A stretch of 64,000 nucleotides of DNA from Candidatus Latescibacterota bacterium (GTDB lineage Bacteria > Krumholzibacteriota > Krumholzibacteriia > WVZY01 > JAKEHA01), in NCBI GenBank assembly GCA_963707635.1, contig OY970173.1, positions 2,880,001 to 2,944,000 of the forward strand. The letters are read 5' to 3'. The notes beneath the pieces were generated by a model. That model was not told the DNA's origin and did no database searches. It saw nothing but the letters and a program-made list of their open reading frames with translations. Shown here piece after piece: positions 55,033 to 64,000 of this stretch (position 1 is its first letter; each line of letters opens with the position of its first letter). The position numbers were made by a program, and so were the translations under genes.

Positions 55033-55050
55033 GAGATGAATTCGTTTCAT
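52822..55050 (-). CDS. SPFH-like + phosphodiesterase + TPR protein (copy 2)
   Basis: Same 742-aa length and motifs as copy 1; differs in the first residues and the last TPRs. Confidence 0.85.
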   Translation of the reverse strand: MKRIHLILVALAALGLLAGAAGLRRVPGGEEGLRITRDGSVSVVRGWTYVGPGVSLVRYPSGEQRYRIPPVGSASVLFEEGDSLGVAFEVGLVIPAGSSVALERGFSREFVPAFRRLVVAAAEIEAAGSQSSRGPEGFGGAVTGRVRDEMAGYGITVGEVRVVQWGDRTMETGGERRRLIIVGVDGGDWANLTPLMEAGRLPNFARLKREGTTGVLRSEEPMLSPLLWTTMATGREPEEHGILDFFVVDVATGTRVPVGRQNRQVDAFWNMLGDAGRSVSIVGWLATDPAEAIEGVMVTDKFGYLAYAPKDTAQAEATSLYPRERWGEMRGLVVEGREVSDAEMMRFVHVSAAELARHRGEFDAKDPVNALMHLYASTQTFKRIALHVWETDRPDVEAVYFEWVDAVSHLFMLHTPPRSAEVSEADFARYRDAVEEAYVLQDEILGEVMGKMDGQTVLMVVSDHGFKSGESRLKNRPEIWAGNAAEWHRLTGMVGLMGAGVKRGAEIQGASIIDVAPTVLALMGLPRAEDMPGKAMRSAFTDEAVARFSAQSVATLDRARAPVDPGTVSSASKETMAKLEALGYLAPDNADALNNLGQRWEQRGEYAKAIEQYRQAIALRPNFYSAYNNLAVCYGRLKQYPQAEAALKKSLSINPRNYFAMSNLAVIYLETGQVADGMRVAEQAVEVEPGNANGHVTLGSAYLLSRRYDDAEREFKEALRLEPDNTEAKENLAQLDAARGRQ

Positions 55051-55187
55051 GAGTGGTGGTGAACAACGGGGGCGCGGAGCGGGACGCGCGTCGTGGTGCC
55101 ACACGAAGTCTAAGGCGCGCGTCCCGGAGCGTCAAGCCGCGCGGAACCCGATAGCGAGCACATGCACCCGCGGGTATAATGTCAGGC

Positions 55188-56078
55188 ATGCCGCCATCCT
55201 CCCCGCCCGCGGTTCCCACCGTCGCTGTCATCATTCTTACGTGGAACGGGAAGGAACTGACTCTCGACTGCCTGCGCTCCTTCGCGCGGGTCACGACACC
55301 GAATCTGCGCATCCTGGTGGTCGACAACGGCTCGACGGACGACACCGTGGCGATCGTGCGGGCGCTGGGCGATGCCCGCGTGACGATCATCGAAAACGGC
55401 GCCAACCTGGGCTACGCGGCCGGGAACAACGCGGGCATCCGCCAGGCACTCGACCACGGGGCCGACTTCATCCTCCTGCTCAACAACGACACCGTCGTCG
55501 ATCCCACCCTGGTGGACGATCTGCTCGCCGGAATGGCGCGGGAGCCGGACATCGGCATCGCGGGGCCGAAGATCTACTATTCCGACCCGCGCGATCGCAT
55601 CTGGTTCGCGGGCGGCGAGGTGTCACTGTGGCGGGGAAACGCACGGCACATCGGCATTCGGGAAACCGATCACGGGCAGTACGACACCGCGCGCGACGTC
55701 GACTACGTGAGCGGGTGCGCGCTGTTCGCGCGCCGGGAGGTCTTCGACCGGGTGGGAATGCTCGACGCCGGCTACCGGGCCTATTTCGAGGACGCCGATC
55801 TGTGCGCGCGCGCCGCGCAAGTTGGGTTTCGCATCCGTTACGTCCCGACGGCCCGAGTCTGGCACCGGATTTCCGCCAGCACCGGGGGACAACTCTCGCG
55901 GCGCAAGATCGTGCGCAAGCTCATCAGCGCACGACGGTTCTTCGCAGCGCACGCCAGGCCGTATCACTGGATCACCATTCCTTTATTTTTCGGCCTCGAT
56001 GTGGTACGAATAGGGCTTCTGGTGCTCACCGGACGGGTCCGCGACGCGGATCCTGGTTCACCTTATCCGACGTCCTGA
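55188..56078 (+). CDS. Family 2 glycosyltransferase (WbbL/rhamnosyltransferase-like)
   Basis: IILTWN, VVDNGSTD, NLGYAAGNN, LLNND, YFEDAD; TATAAT 7 nt before ATG. Confidence 0.9.
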   Translation: MPPSSPPAVPTVAVIILTWNGKELTLDCLRSFARVTTPNLRILVVDNGSTDDTVAIVRALGDARVTIIENGANLGYAAGNNAGIRQALDHGADFILLLNNDTVVDPTLVDDLLAGMAREPDIGIAGPKIYYSDPRDRIWFAGGEVSLWRGNARHIGIRETDHGQYDTARDVDYVSGCALFARREVFDRVGMLDAGYRAYFEDADLCARAAQVGFRIRYVPTARVWHRISASTGGQLSRRKIVRKLISARRFFAAHARPYHWITIPLFFGLDVVRIGLLVLTGRVRDADPGSPYPTS

Positions 56079-56099
56079 ACGAAGGCGGTTCCCCTCGCC

Positions 56100-56996
56100 G
56101 TGAAGGTCGCGATCTTCGGGGTCAGCGGTCAACTCGGCCGCGACGTCGCCGCGGTCTTGTCCGACATGGACGCCGTGCCGCTCGACCACGCCCGCGTGGA
56201 CATTCGCGACGCTCCCGCCGTCATGAGCGCGGTCCGCACGGTGGGCCCGGCCTGGGTGATCAACTGCGCGGCCATGACCCACGTCGACCGCTGCGAGAGC
56301 GAAGCGCTTGCCGCCTTCGAAGCCAACGCGCTCGGCGCCGCCAACGTGGCCCGGGCGGCTCACGCCGCCGGCGCGCGCCTGCTGCAGGTCAGCACCGACT
56401 ACGTATTCGACGGCGCCCGCCCCGGCGCCTACGCCGAGTCCGACCCGCCCCGTCCGATCAATATCTACGGCATGAGCAAGCTGGCGGGAGAATGGGCCGC
56501 GCGCGCGGAGTGCGCCGGCGCGCGGGTCGTGCGCTCGAGCGGGCTCTACGGCCTCAATCCGTGCCGGGGCAAGGGCGGAAATTTCGTCGAGACGATGCTC
56601 GCGCGCGCGGCGGCGGGTCCGCTGCGGGTCGTCAGCGACGAAGTGCTGGCGCCGACGTTCACCGAAGACCTCGCGCGCAGAATGAGGGAGATACTCGAGC
56701 ACGACGCCCCGCCGGGCGTGTATCACGCGACCAACGCCGGGTCGTGCTCGTGGTTCGAATTCGCGCAGGAAATCGTCCGTCTCTCCGGTGCGGGCGCGAA
56801 GGTCGAACCCATTCGCGCGGCGGAGTGGAAGGCGGCGGCGCGGCGGCCGGCGAACTCGGTGCTCGAGAACCGCGCCTGCGCCGCCCTCGGATTCGACGCC
56901 ATGCCCCACTGGCGTGACGCGCTCGCCCGCTATCTGCGGCAGCGGGCCGGCGCACCGGCGGGCGGAAGCCAGGGCGCTCCACCCGGCTCCATCTAG
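56100..56996 (+). CDS. rfbD: dTDP-4-dehydrorhamnose reductase
   Basis: GVSGQLG, NCAAMT.VD, STDYVFDG, YGMSKLAGE, RPANSVL. Confidence 0.93.
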   Translation: MKVAIFGVSGQLGRDVAAVLSDMDAVPLDHARVDIRDAPAVMSAVRTVGPAWVINCAAMTHVDRCESEALAAFEANALGAANVARAAHAAGARLLQVSTDYVFDGARPGAYAESDPPRPINIYGMSKLAGEWAARAECAGARVVRSSGLYGLNPCRGKGGNFVETMLARAAAGPLRVVSDEVLAPTFTEDLARRMREILEHDAPPGVYHATNAGSCSWFEFAQEIVRLSGAGAKVEPIRAAEWKAAARRPANSVLENRACAALGFDAMPHWRDALARYLRQRAGAPAGGSQGAPPGSI

Positions 56997-57229
56997 AAGA
57001 GCGCGCGCAGCAGCAGGAACGCGGAGGCCACCGCCAGCGCGGCGGTCGCGAGCCCGATGAGGAACAGCAGGAACGGCACAACGAATACCGCCCCGATCAG
57101 ACCCTTGAACAGGATGAACCCGAGCTTGAACGGAAGCAGAATCAACCCCACCAGGACGTGTAGCATGAGCACTGTCAGGACCCACGCCACCAGGACGCCG
57201 AGAGCGCCCAGCACCAGGAATTCGATCAT
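56993..57229 (-). CDS. Small very hydrophobic membrane protein (78 aa)
   Basis: GGAGG RBS 6 nt before ATG; almost entirely hydrophobic with ILLPFKLG. Confidence 0.7.
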   Translation of the reverse strand: MIEFLVLGALGVLVAWVLTVLMLHVLVGLILLPFKLGFILFKGLIGAVFVVPFLLFLIGLATAALAVASAFLLLRALF

Positions 57230-57269
57230 CGCCATCCTCCATCGAGCCGCGCAGAGCGGGCTCGACACG

Positions 57270-59951
57270 GTGTACACGCCGCGCGCGAATCCATTCGACG
57301 GCCTCCGCCGCCGGGTGCGCGCGCTGGCCCTGCCCCTGGCCTGCGCGGCCTGCGTGCCGGCCGGCGCCCTCGCCGCCGAGCCGCCCGCGCCCGGCTCGAT
57401 CGTGCCCGACCCGCTCCGCTACGTATCGCCGAGCCGGCCGTACCGGATCGCACACACGGCGCTGGACCTCGACGTCGATCTGGAGCGGCGGCGAATCGCC
57501 GGGAGCGTCGCCCACACGGTCAATTCCCTCCGCGACGATCTCTCCGAAATCTCGATGAACTGCGTCGGGCTCGTGGTCGATTCCGTGGCTGTCGACGGGG
57601 CGCGCGCGAGTTTCGACTATCCCGTCACGGCCGGGTCGAGCACGTCGTGGCTCGGCAGCGCGCCCGAGGCCGTCGCCGACGACCGCCTCGTCGTACACCT
57701 ATCGACACCACTCGCCCGCGGGGCGACGGCGGTCGTGACCGTCCACTACCGGGGCGAGCCGAAGATCGGCCTCTACTGGATTCGCCCCGAGAAGGGCATC
57801 CCGGAGAAGCGGCTCGAGGTCTGGTCGCAGGGCGAGGGCGAGGACAACCGGTACTGGATCCCGTGCAACGACTACCCCAACGACAAGTCGACGTTCGAAG
57901 GACGATTCCGGGTGCCGAAGGGTTACACGGCGATATCCAACGGCGCGCTGGTCGCGACCCGCGACGTGGGCGATCGCACCGAATTCTCCTGGAAGCTCGA
58001 CCAGCCGCAGGTGAGCTACCTCATCATGCTCGCAGTCGCGAAGTACCGGATCTACGAGCAGAAGGTGCACGACCTCCCGCTCATGTACGTGGTTCCGCCC
58101 GACGCCGACGACGCCACCATCCTGCGCGGCTACGGGCTCACGCCCGACATGATGGAGTTCTTCGAAAAAACCATCGGCATCGCCTATCCCTACGCCAAGT
58201 ACGCGCAGGTGTCGGTGCAGGATTTCATCTACGGCGGGATGGAGAATACGTCCGCCACGGTGATGAACATGCGCACCCTCTACGACGAGCGCACCGAACT
58301 CACCCGCAAGGAGCAAGGCCTCGTCGCGCACGAGCTCGCCCACCAGTGGTGGGGCGATATGGTCACGTGCCGCGAATGGAGCCACATGTGGCTCAACGAG
58401 GGCTTCGCCACCTACTACGCGTACCTGTACCGGGGGCACCACGACGGCGAGGATGCGTTTCGCTATCAGATGCGGGGCGCGCAGATGGACGTCGTGAACG
58501 GCGACAACACCGAGCCGCGGCCGATGGTGGTCGATTTTTTCAATCGCGCCGACGCGCGCAACAACGCCCAGGTCTACGTCAAGGGCGCGAGCGTGCTCCA
58601 CATGCTGCGTTTCCTGCTGGGCGACGCGCTCTACCACGAGACCATTCGTCACTACGGTGAGGCGCACAAATTCGACGTCGTGGAAACCCAGGACCTGATG
58701 CGGGCGGTCAAGGACGTCACCGGCGAGAACCTGGACTGGTTCTTCGAGCAGTGGGTCTTTCTGGCCGGGCACCCCAAGTTCAAGGTGACGAAATCGTGGG
58801 ACAAAGCCGCGAGCGTGCTGCGGCTGAAAGTCGAGCAGACCCAGAAGACGGGCGGGCTCGTCCCGGTGTTTCGCGTCCCGCTGGACATCGAGATCACCTG
58901 GGAGGGCGGCCACGCGCTGCACCGCGTGACCATCGAACAGGCGACCCAGGATTTCTATTTCCAGGTGCCGGCGGAACCGAAGATGGTCGTATTCGACAAG
59001 GGTGACTGGATCTTGAAGACGCTGGAGTTTCCAAAACTGACCGGCGAGCTCGTCTACGACCTCGAGCACGGCGACACCATGACGCGAATCCGCGCGGTGG
59101 AGGCGCTGGCGTCGAAGGGATCCGACGAGCGCACCGTGCCGGCGCTGCGCTCGGCGCTGGCGGCCGAGGGCCACTACGGCCTGCGGCGCGAGGCGGCGCT
59201 CGCGCTGGGCAAGGTGGGCACGCCGGCCGCCCTGGCCGCGCTGGTCGAGGGTCTCGAGATTACCGACGCGATGGTTCGCCTCGCGTGCGTCGAAGCGCTC
59301 GGCAGCTTCTATGGCAACGAGTCGGCGGCCGCGCCTCTGGAAAAAATCGTCGAGAACGATCGTGCCTACGGCGTGCGCGCGGAGGCGCTCACGAGCCTCG
59401 TCAAGATTCGTTCGGAGCGGGCGGCGCGCGTGTGCACGAAGGCACTCGGCCAGGAGTCCGACCGCAGCGTCGTTCGCAACGCCGCCATCAACGGGCTGGT
59501 GGAGCTGCAGGCCACCGACGCGATGCCGCGTATCAAGCCCTACTGCGCCGCGGGCAATCGGCGCGAGTTGCGCCACGTCGCGATCGCGGGATACGCCAAA
59601 CTGGCGAAGGTGCTTACCAAAGACGGCGAGCGCCGCCAGGCAGCGGAGACGCTCTCCCCCGGGCTCGACGACTGGTTTCTGCGCACGCGCGAGGCCACCA
59701 TCGACGCGCTCGCCACGATCTCGCATCCGGCGTCGGTTAACCCGCTGCGCCGCGTGGCGTCCGCGGACCCGCTCGCCGCGGTGCGCGAGCGCGCGCGCAA
59801 GGCCGCCGATCGCATCGAAGCCGACGCGCGAGCGGCCGTGGCCAGGACCGACCAGGGCGCGGATATCCAGGATCTCAAGCGGCGTGTCGAGGAGTTACAG
59901 AAGGAGCTGGACCGGATGCGCCCCCAGCACGCGACCCCGGTCGACCACTAG
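57270..59951 (+). CDS. M1 aminopeptidase with C-terminal HEAT repeats and coiled coil
   Basis: WIPCNDYPNDK, GGMEN, HELAHQWWG, WLNEG, VYVKG; HEAT-like repeats (LRREAALALG); start uncertain. Confidence 0.9.
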   Translation: MYTPRANPFDGLRRRVRALALPLACAACVPAGALAAEPPAPGSIVPDPLRYVSPSRPYRIAHTALDLDVDLERRRIAGSVAHTVNSLRDDLSEISMNCVGLVVDSVAVDGARASFDYPVTAGSSTSWLGSAPEAVADDRLVVHLSTPLARGATAVVTVHYRGEPKIGLYWIRPEKGIPEKRLEVWSQGEGEDNRYWIPCNDYPNDKSTFEGRFRVPKGYTAISNGALVATRDVGDRTEFSWKLDQPQVSYLIMLAVAKYRIYEQKVHDLPLMYVVPPDADDATILRGYGLTPDMMEFFEKTIGIAYPYAKYAQVSVQDFIYGGMENTSATVMNMRTLYDERTELTRKEQGLVAHELAHQWWGDMVTCREWSHMWLNEGFATYYAYLYRGHHDGEDAFRYQMRGAQMDVVNGDNTEPRPMVVDFFNRADARNNAQVYVKGASVLHMLRFLLGDALYHETIRHYGEAHKFDVVETQDLMRAVKDVTGENLDWFFEQWVFLAGHPKFKVTKSWDKAASVLRLKVEQTQKTGGLVPVFRVPLDIEITWEGGHALHRVTIEQATQDFYFQVPAEPKMVVFDKGDWILKTLEFPKLTGELVYDLEHGDTMTRIRAVEALASKGSDERTVPALRSALAAEGHYGLRREAALALGKVGTPAALAALVEGLEITDAMVRLACVEALGSFYGNESAAAPLEKIVENDRAYGVRAEALTSLVKIRSERAARVCTKALGQESDRSVVRNAAINGLVELQATDAMPRIKPYCAAGNRRELRHVAIAGYAKLAKVLTKDGERRQAAETLSPGLDDWFLRTREATIDALATISHPASVNPLRRVASADPLAAVRERARKAADRIEADARAAVARTDQGADIQDLKRRVEELQKELDRMRPQHATPVDH

Positions 59952-60007
59952 TTTATAACGTGTTATTCTTCAATTTATTATATCCATGCTCATTTGTGGG
60001 GTTGATT

Positions 60008-60035
60008 TTGATAAACGTTTCACATAGTCTATTAT
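60008..60035 (+). promoter_or_regulatory. Putative atp operon promoter in an AT-rich patch
   Basis: TTGATA-16-TATTAT. Confidence 0.4.
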
Positions 60036-60135
60036 CGGTTGCTGCCGGAGGGTGGTTCGGATACAGTCGGGCAACTTTGTGTGATGCGCCCATCGGCCCG
60101 CCCGCCGCATCGGAAAGCGCCCTGGGATCTGCCCC

Positions 60136-60396
60136 GTGAAGACGGACAAGGACCGATACCGGGGGGCGCGGCAGGCGGGGCTCCTGACGACGATCCCATT
60201 TCTGATGGCCGTGCCGCCGATCGCCGGTCTTCTGATCGGCCGATATCTCGACAACAGATTCAATCTACAACCGCTCTTCACCATCGTCTTCATGCTGCTG
60301 GGATTCGCGGCGGGCGTGCGCGAGGTGAGGCTCGTCCTGAAGAAGGCAAACGCCCCGGACGAGGACGGAGAGAAGCGTGACGGAAAGACGCCATAA
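60136..60396 (+). CDS. AtpZ/AtpI family protein
   Basis: Two TM helices, IGRYLD..F...P motif, first gene of the atp operon. Confidence 0.85.
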   Translation: MKTDKDRYRGARQAGLLTTIPFLMAVPPIAGLLIGRYLDNRFNLQPLFTIVFMLLGFAAGVREVRLVLKKANAPDEDGEKRDGKTP

Positions 60397-60826
60397 CGCC
60401 GCGGGCGCCGTGTGGTCGGCCGCCGATCCCGGACTCCTGCGCCGCGTGCGCAAGACCGCGGTCGTGCTCGGAATCGCCGTCGCCGCCCCGATTGCGACCT
60501 ACCAGGGACTCCTGCCGGCGGCGGGCTGGTTGCTCGGCGTCGGCTGGTCCGTCGTCAATCTGGCGGCGACCGAATCCATCGCGCAGCTGGTCTTGACGCT
60601 GGAGCCGCGCAGCAAGGCGCGGATCGCACGCCGGCTCGCCGTCAAGTTCGGCCTCCTCTACGGCGTCGCGGTGGTGCTGCTCGCAGTCGTGCGCGTGCCG
60701 GCGCTGTGGTGGGCGGCCGGGTTCACCTGGCCCCTGTTCGTGGCCATCATGAAAGCGATCGGCCGTACCTATCTCGGACTCGACGCGCTGCCCGGAATGT
60801 CGGGCACGCCGCGGCGGATACCGTAA
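60377..60826 (+). CDS. atpI: ATP synthase protein I-like membrane protein
   Basis: Four TM helices, directly before atpB. Confidence 0.65.
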   Translation: MTERRHNAAGAVWSAADPGLLRRVRKTAVVLGIAVAAPIATYQGLLPAAGWLLGVGWSVVNLAATESIAQLVLTLEPRSKARIARRLAVKFGLLYGVAVVLLAVVRVPALWWAAGFTWPLFVAIMKAIGRTYLGLDALPGMSGTPRRIP

Positions 60827-60838
60827 TCTATTCGAGCC

Positions 60839-61699
60839 ATGGTCTGGACCAATCTGATCGAACACCTCGGCGGGGCTCCTCTCCACCTGGCGAACACCGA
60901 AGCGGCGGCGCATGCGGAGGGGGCGCACGAGGCGGTGCATGAGCTCCCCAGCCTGATCAAACTCGTCACGGCCTTCATGGACGAGTCGCCGCTGAAAAAT
61001 TTCCTGCTCGAGTGGGAGGGAATGATCTACGCGTTCGTGATCGCCGGGCTCCTGATCCTGGTCGCGCACATGGCGGCCCGGAACCCGCGCATGATCCCGG
61101 GCCGCCTCCAGAACGTCGTCGAAATGGTGGTCGAGGGTCTGTCGAATTTCATCGTCGGAGTCCTGGGTCCCGAGGGTCGCGGCTTCGTGCCCTTCCTCGG
61201 CACGCTGTTCGTCTATATCCTCGCCATGAATCTCTCCGGCGTGCTGCCGCTCGGGAAATCGCCGACCTCGAGCCCGAACACGACCGTCGCGCTGGCGCTG
61301 TGCGTGTTCGCGTACGTCCACTTCATCGGACTCACGCGCAACGGGCCGCTGGGGTACCTCAAGCACCTGGCGGGGAACCCGAAGAGCCTCGTCGAATGGC
61401 TGTTCGTCCCGCTGATGTTGCCCATCCACGTGATCGGCGAGATCGCCCGACCGGTAAGTCTTTCGCTCCGACTCTTTGGCAACGTGACCGGCGAGGACGT
61501 GTTGTTGTTCGCGTTCTGCAGCCTGGGCGTCACCACCCTGGCGGCGATCGGCTCGCCGGTCGGCATCCCGTTCCAGGTCCCGTTCATTCTGCTCGCATTC
61601 ATGACCAGTTTCATCCAGGCACTCGTGTTCACGCTCTTGAGCACGATCTACATCCTGCTGTGGCTGCCCCACGACCACGCGGAGGAAGCGCACCACTAA
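60839..61699 (+). CDS. atpB: ATP synthase Fo subunit a
   Basis: PGRLQNVVE, ARPVSLSLRLFGN, IQALVFTLLS. Confidence 0.97.
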   Translation: MVWTNLIEHLGGAPLHLANTEAAAHAEGAHEAVHELPSLIKLVTAFMDESPLKNFLLEWEGMIYAFVIAGLLILVAHMAARNPRMIPGRLQNVVEMVVEGLSNFIVGVLGPEGRGFVPFLGTLFVYILAMNLSGVLPLGKSPTSSPNTTVALALCVFAYVHFIGLTRNGPLGYLKHLAGNPKSLVEWLFVPLMLPIHVIGEIARPVSLSLRLFGNVTGEDVLLFAFCSLGVTTLAAIGSPVGIPFQVPFILLAFMTSFIQALVFTLLSTIYILLWLPHDHAEEAHH

Positions 61700-61728
61700 C
61701 CGTCCCAACCCGTAAGGAGGAAGAAAGA

Positions 61729-61962
61729 ATGGATACTTCATCGGCACTCAGTCTGGCACTTCCGATCGGCCTCGGTCTCGCGGCGATCGGCTCGGGCATT
61801 GGCTTCCAGGGCGCCATCGGCAAGGCCATGGAAGCGATCGGCCGCCAGCCGGAAGCGTCGGGCAAGATTCAGACGGCCATGATCATCGGTGCCGGTCTGA
61901 TCGAAGCGCTGACGATCTACGCCTTCGTGACCGTGTTCCTGTTGATGGGCAAGATCCAGTAA
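61729..61962 (+). CDS. atpE: ATP synthase Fo subunit c
   Basis: GRQPEA loop, LIEALTIY; AAGGAGG RBS. Confidence 0.96.
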   Translation: MDTSSALSLALPIGLGLAAIGSGIGFQGAIGKAMEAIGRQPEASGKIQTAMIIGAGLIEALTIYAFVTVFLLMGKIQ

Positions 61963-62025
61963 GACAGCCGGGGCCGAATCGCCGGGCGTGCTGTGCGCCC
62001 CGGCGTCGCGCCCGAGGAGCGTGAG

Positions 62026-62520
62026 ATGGAACTCCAGTGGAAAGCGTTACTGACCCAGGTCGTCGGGTTCCTGATCGTGATGTGGCTCCTGCGCAAGTAC
62101 GCGTGGGGAAAGCTGCTCGCGTTCACCGAGAAGCGACGGCAACACATCGCGTCCGAGTTCGAGTCCATCGACCGGGCGCGAGCGGACGCCGAGGGCCTTC
62201 GCCGCAAGTACGACGAGGAGCTCGCCGGCATCGAAACGACGCGCCGCGTGCGCATCGAGAAAGCCGTCCACGAGGCGAGTGCGGTCGCCAGCCAGCTCCG
62301 GGATGAAGCCAGGCGCGAGGCGGTGGCCATGCGCGTCAAGGCGACCCGGGACATCGAGCTGGAAATGGACAAGGCCAACCTGGTCTTCCGCGACCACATG
62401 GTCAGTTCGGTGATCGGCGCGACGGAGAAGATCATCCGGCAGCGGCTGGATGACGCGCAGCACCGCCGGCTGATCACCGAGTTTCTGGACGAGGTTGCCT
62501 CTCGTCCCGTGGAGCGGTAG
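62026..62520 (+). CDS. atpF: ATP synthase Fo subunit b
   Basis: N-terminal TM then KYAWG..KRRQHI and long coiled coil; GAGGAG RBS. Confidence 0.93.
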   Translation: MELQWKALLTQVVGFLIVMWLLRKYAWGKLLAFTEKRRQHIASEFESIDRARADAEGLRRKYDEELAGIETTRRVRIEKAVHEASAVASQLRDEARREAVAMRVKATRDIELEMDKANLVFRDHMVSSVIGATEKIIRQRLDDAQHRRLITEFLDEVASRPVER

Positions 62521-62523
62521 ACC

Positions 62524-63066
62524 GTGGCGCTCGGCGGCATCGGCAGACGTTACGCGCGCGCGCTGTTCGACGCGGCCAAGGCGGAAGACGTCGTGGAGCA
62601 GGTCCACGACGACGTGGTGAGTTTCGCCCGGCTGGTCGAGAGCGACGCGGCGTTCCGCCGCTTTCTCTCGTCGCTGCGCATCACCAAGGACGAGAAGAAG
62701 GACCTGATCGCGCGCGCCATCGGCGATCGCGCTTCGGGGCTGTTCGTGAAGTTCGTCCTGCTCTTGATCGACACCAAGCGCATGGACAAGTTCGACGATA
62801 TCTCCGATGCCTTCGTCGAGCTTTACGAGGAGCACGCGGGGATCATCCGCGTGGGTGTCGTTACCGCGGTCGAGCTCGACTCCGCGCTCGAACGCAAGGC
62901 GAAGGAGACGATCGAGCGCCGCACGGGAAAGCGCGCCAGGTTCGTCAAGCGCGTGGACCCGGAAATCATCGGCGGCATGATCATGATCGCCGGCGGCCGC
63001 ATCATCGACGGAAGCATCCGCAACCAACTGAGCGAGTTGCGCAAGCAGTTGCTGGAAACGCATTAG
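62524..63066 (+). CDS. atpH: ATP synthase F1 delta subunit
   Basis: RRYARALF, VDPEIIGG, IDGSI. Confidence 0.95.
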   Translation: MALGGIGRRYARALFDAAKAEDVVEQVHDDVVSFARLVESDAAFRRFLSSLRITKDEKKDLIARAIGDRASGLFVKFVLLLIDTKRMDKFDDISDAFVELYEEHAGIIRVGVVTAVELDSALERKAKETIERRTGKRARFVKRVDPEIIGGMIMIAGGRIIDGSIRNQLSELRKQLLETH

Positions 63067-63091
63067 TCAAATCGACTCCGAGGAGTGAGCA

Positions 63092-64000
63092 ATGGCGTTT
63101 AGACCCGAAGAAGTGAGTTCGATCATCCAGGCGCAGCTTCAGAAGTCCGACGTGAAGCTCGAGATGGAGTCCGTCGGCACGATCCTCCAGGTGGGCGACG
63201 GGATCGCCCGCATCTGGGGCCTCGAGGAAGCGATGGCGGGTGAGCTGCTCGAGTTCCCCGGCGGGGTCATGGGCATGGTGCTGAATCTCGAAGAGGACAA
63301 CGTGGGTGCGGTGCTGTTCGGCTCGGACACCGCCATCAAGGAAGGCGACACGGTCAAGCGCACGGGCAAGGTGGGACAGGTGCCGGTGGGCGAAGCCCTG
63401 CTGGGGCGCGTGGTGAACTCGCTCGGCCAGCCCATCGACGGCAAGGGGCCGATCGCCGCCAAGACCTTCGCGCCGGTCGACGCGGTGGTGCCCAACGTGG
63501 TCGAGCGCCAGCCGGTGAAAGAGCCGCTCCAGACCGGGCTGAAGGCCATCGACTCGATGATTCCGATCGGCCGCGGGCAGCGCGAGCTCATCATCGGCGA
63601 CCGCCAGACCGGAAAGACCGCGATCTGCATCGACACCATCATCAACCAGAAGACCAGCGGCGTGTACTGCATCTATGTCGCCATCGGCCAGAAGGAATCC
63701 ACGATTGCGCAGCTGGTGCGCAAACTCGAGCGGCACGGCGCGATGGAATACACGACCATCGTGAGCGCGTCGGCGAGCGACCCGGCGCCGCTCCAGTTCC
63801 TGGCTCCGTACGCCGGCGCCGCGATGGGCGAGTATTTCCGCGATCGCGGCAAGCACGCGGTGTGCTTCTACGACGACCTTTCCAAGCACGCGCAGGCATA
63901 CCGGCAGATGTCGCTGCTGCTGCGCCGGCCGCCCGGACGCGAGGCGTACCCGGGCGACGTCTTCTACGTGCACTCGCGTCTGCTCGAACGCGCCGCCAAG
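63092..64000 (+). CDS. atpA: ATP synthase F1 alpha subunit (3'-truncated by the window)
   Basis: Read from sequence: [41 protein letters not shown]. Confidence 0.97.
   Translation, partial: MAFRPEEVSSIIQAQLQKSDVKLEMESVGTILQVGDGIARIWGLEEAMAGELLEFPGGVMGMVLNLEEDNVGAVLFGSDTAIKEGDTVKRTGKVGQVPVGEALLGRVVNSLGQPIDGKGPIAAKTFAPVDAVVPNVVERQPVKEPLQTGLKAIDSMIPIGRGQRELIIGDRQTGKTAICIDTIINQKTSGVYCIYVAIGQKESTIAQLVRKLERHGAMEYTTIVSASASDPAPLQFLAPYAGAAMGEYFRDRGKHAVCFYDDLSKHAQAYRQMSLLLRRPPGREAYPGDVFYVHSRLLERAAK

Noticed and set aside
50597..55050. Diversity-generating retroelement behind the variable TPR segment
   Set aside because: No reverse transcriptase in the window and differences are not adenine-specific
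59950..60090. AT-rich patch as replication origin or foreign DNA
   Set aside because: Short, no DnaA-box cluster seen, and explained as the atp promoter region
61729..61962. Na+-translocating ATP synthase
   Set aside because: Lacks the E-S/T pair and has Phe at the Na+-ligand Gln position

Overview
GC-rich, gene-dense bacterial chromosomal window from a diderm organism (RND pumps, OmpA, outer-membrane barrels, sigma54). Housekeeping content: Mrp/ApbC, CDF transporter, aceE-aceF-lpdA, fpr, pckA, gpmI, rfbD, DegT/GT2/GT39 glycan genes, two M1 aminopeptidases and the start of the F1Fo atp operon. No rRNA, tRNA, CRISPR array, transposase or integrase was seen. The most notable region is a four-gene minus-strand DUF11/OmpA operon (27426-40433) behind a sigma54 (-24/-12) promoter, divergent from a histidine kinase/NtrC-type regulator pair. 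Its proteins carry a DUF11 Ig-like domain split in two: N-terminal 'donor' strands with the conserved Asn, and C-terminally truncated 'acceptor' domains with the conserved Lys and Asp. The distribution reads as anchor (donor only), shaft (donor + acceptor), tip adhesin (acceptor only) and small cap (acceptor only). I infer an uncharacterised surface fibre built by strand complementation, possibly locked by inter-subunit isopeptide bonds. Other observations: a near-identical tandem duplication of an SPFH-phosphodiesterase-TPR gene with strong local C/G skew, a c-type haem protein inside the PDH operon, a two-permease RND system flanked by beta-propeller genes, a MITE-like hairpin, an attC-like hairpin, several leaderless-type promoters, a 57-aa ORF missed by the ORF track, and two single-base frameshifts that may be sequencing errors. 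All family calls are from motif recognition by eye; no searches were run.
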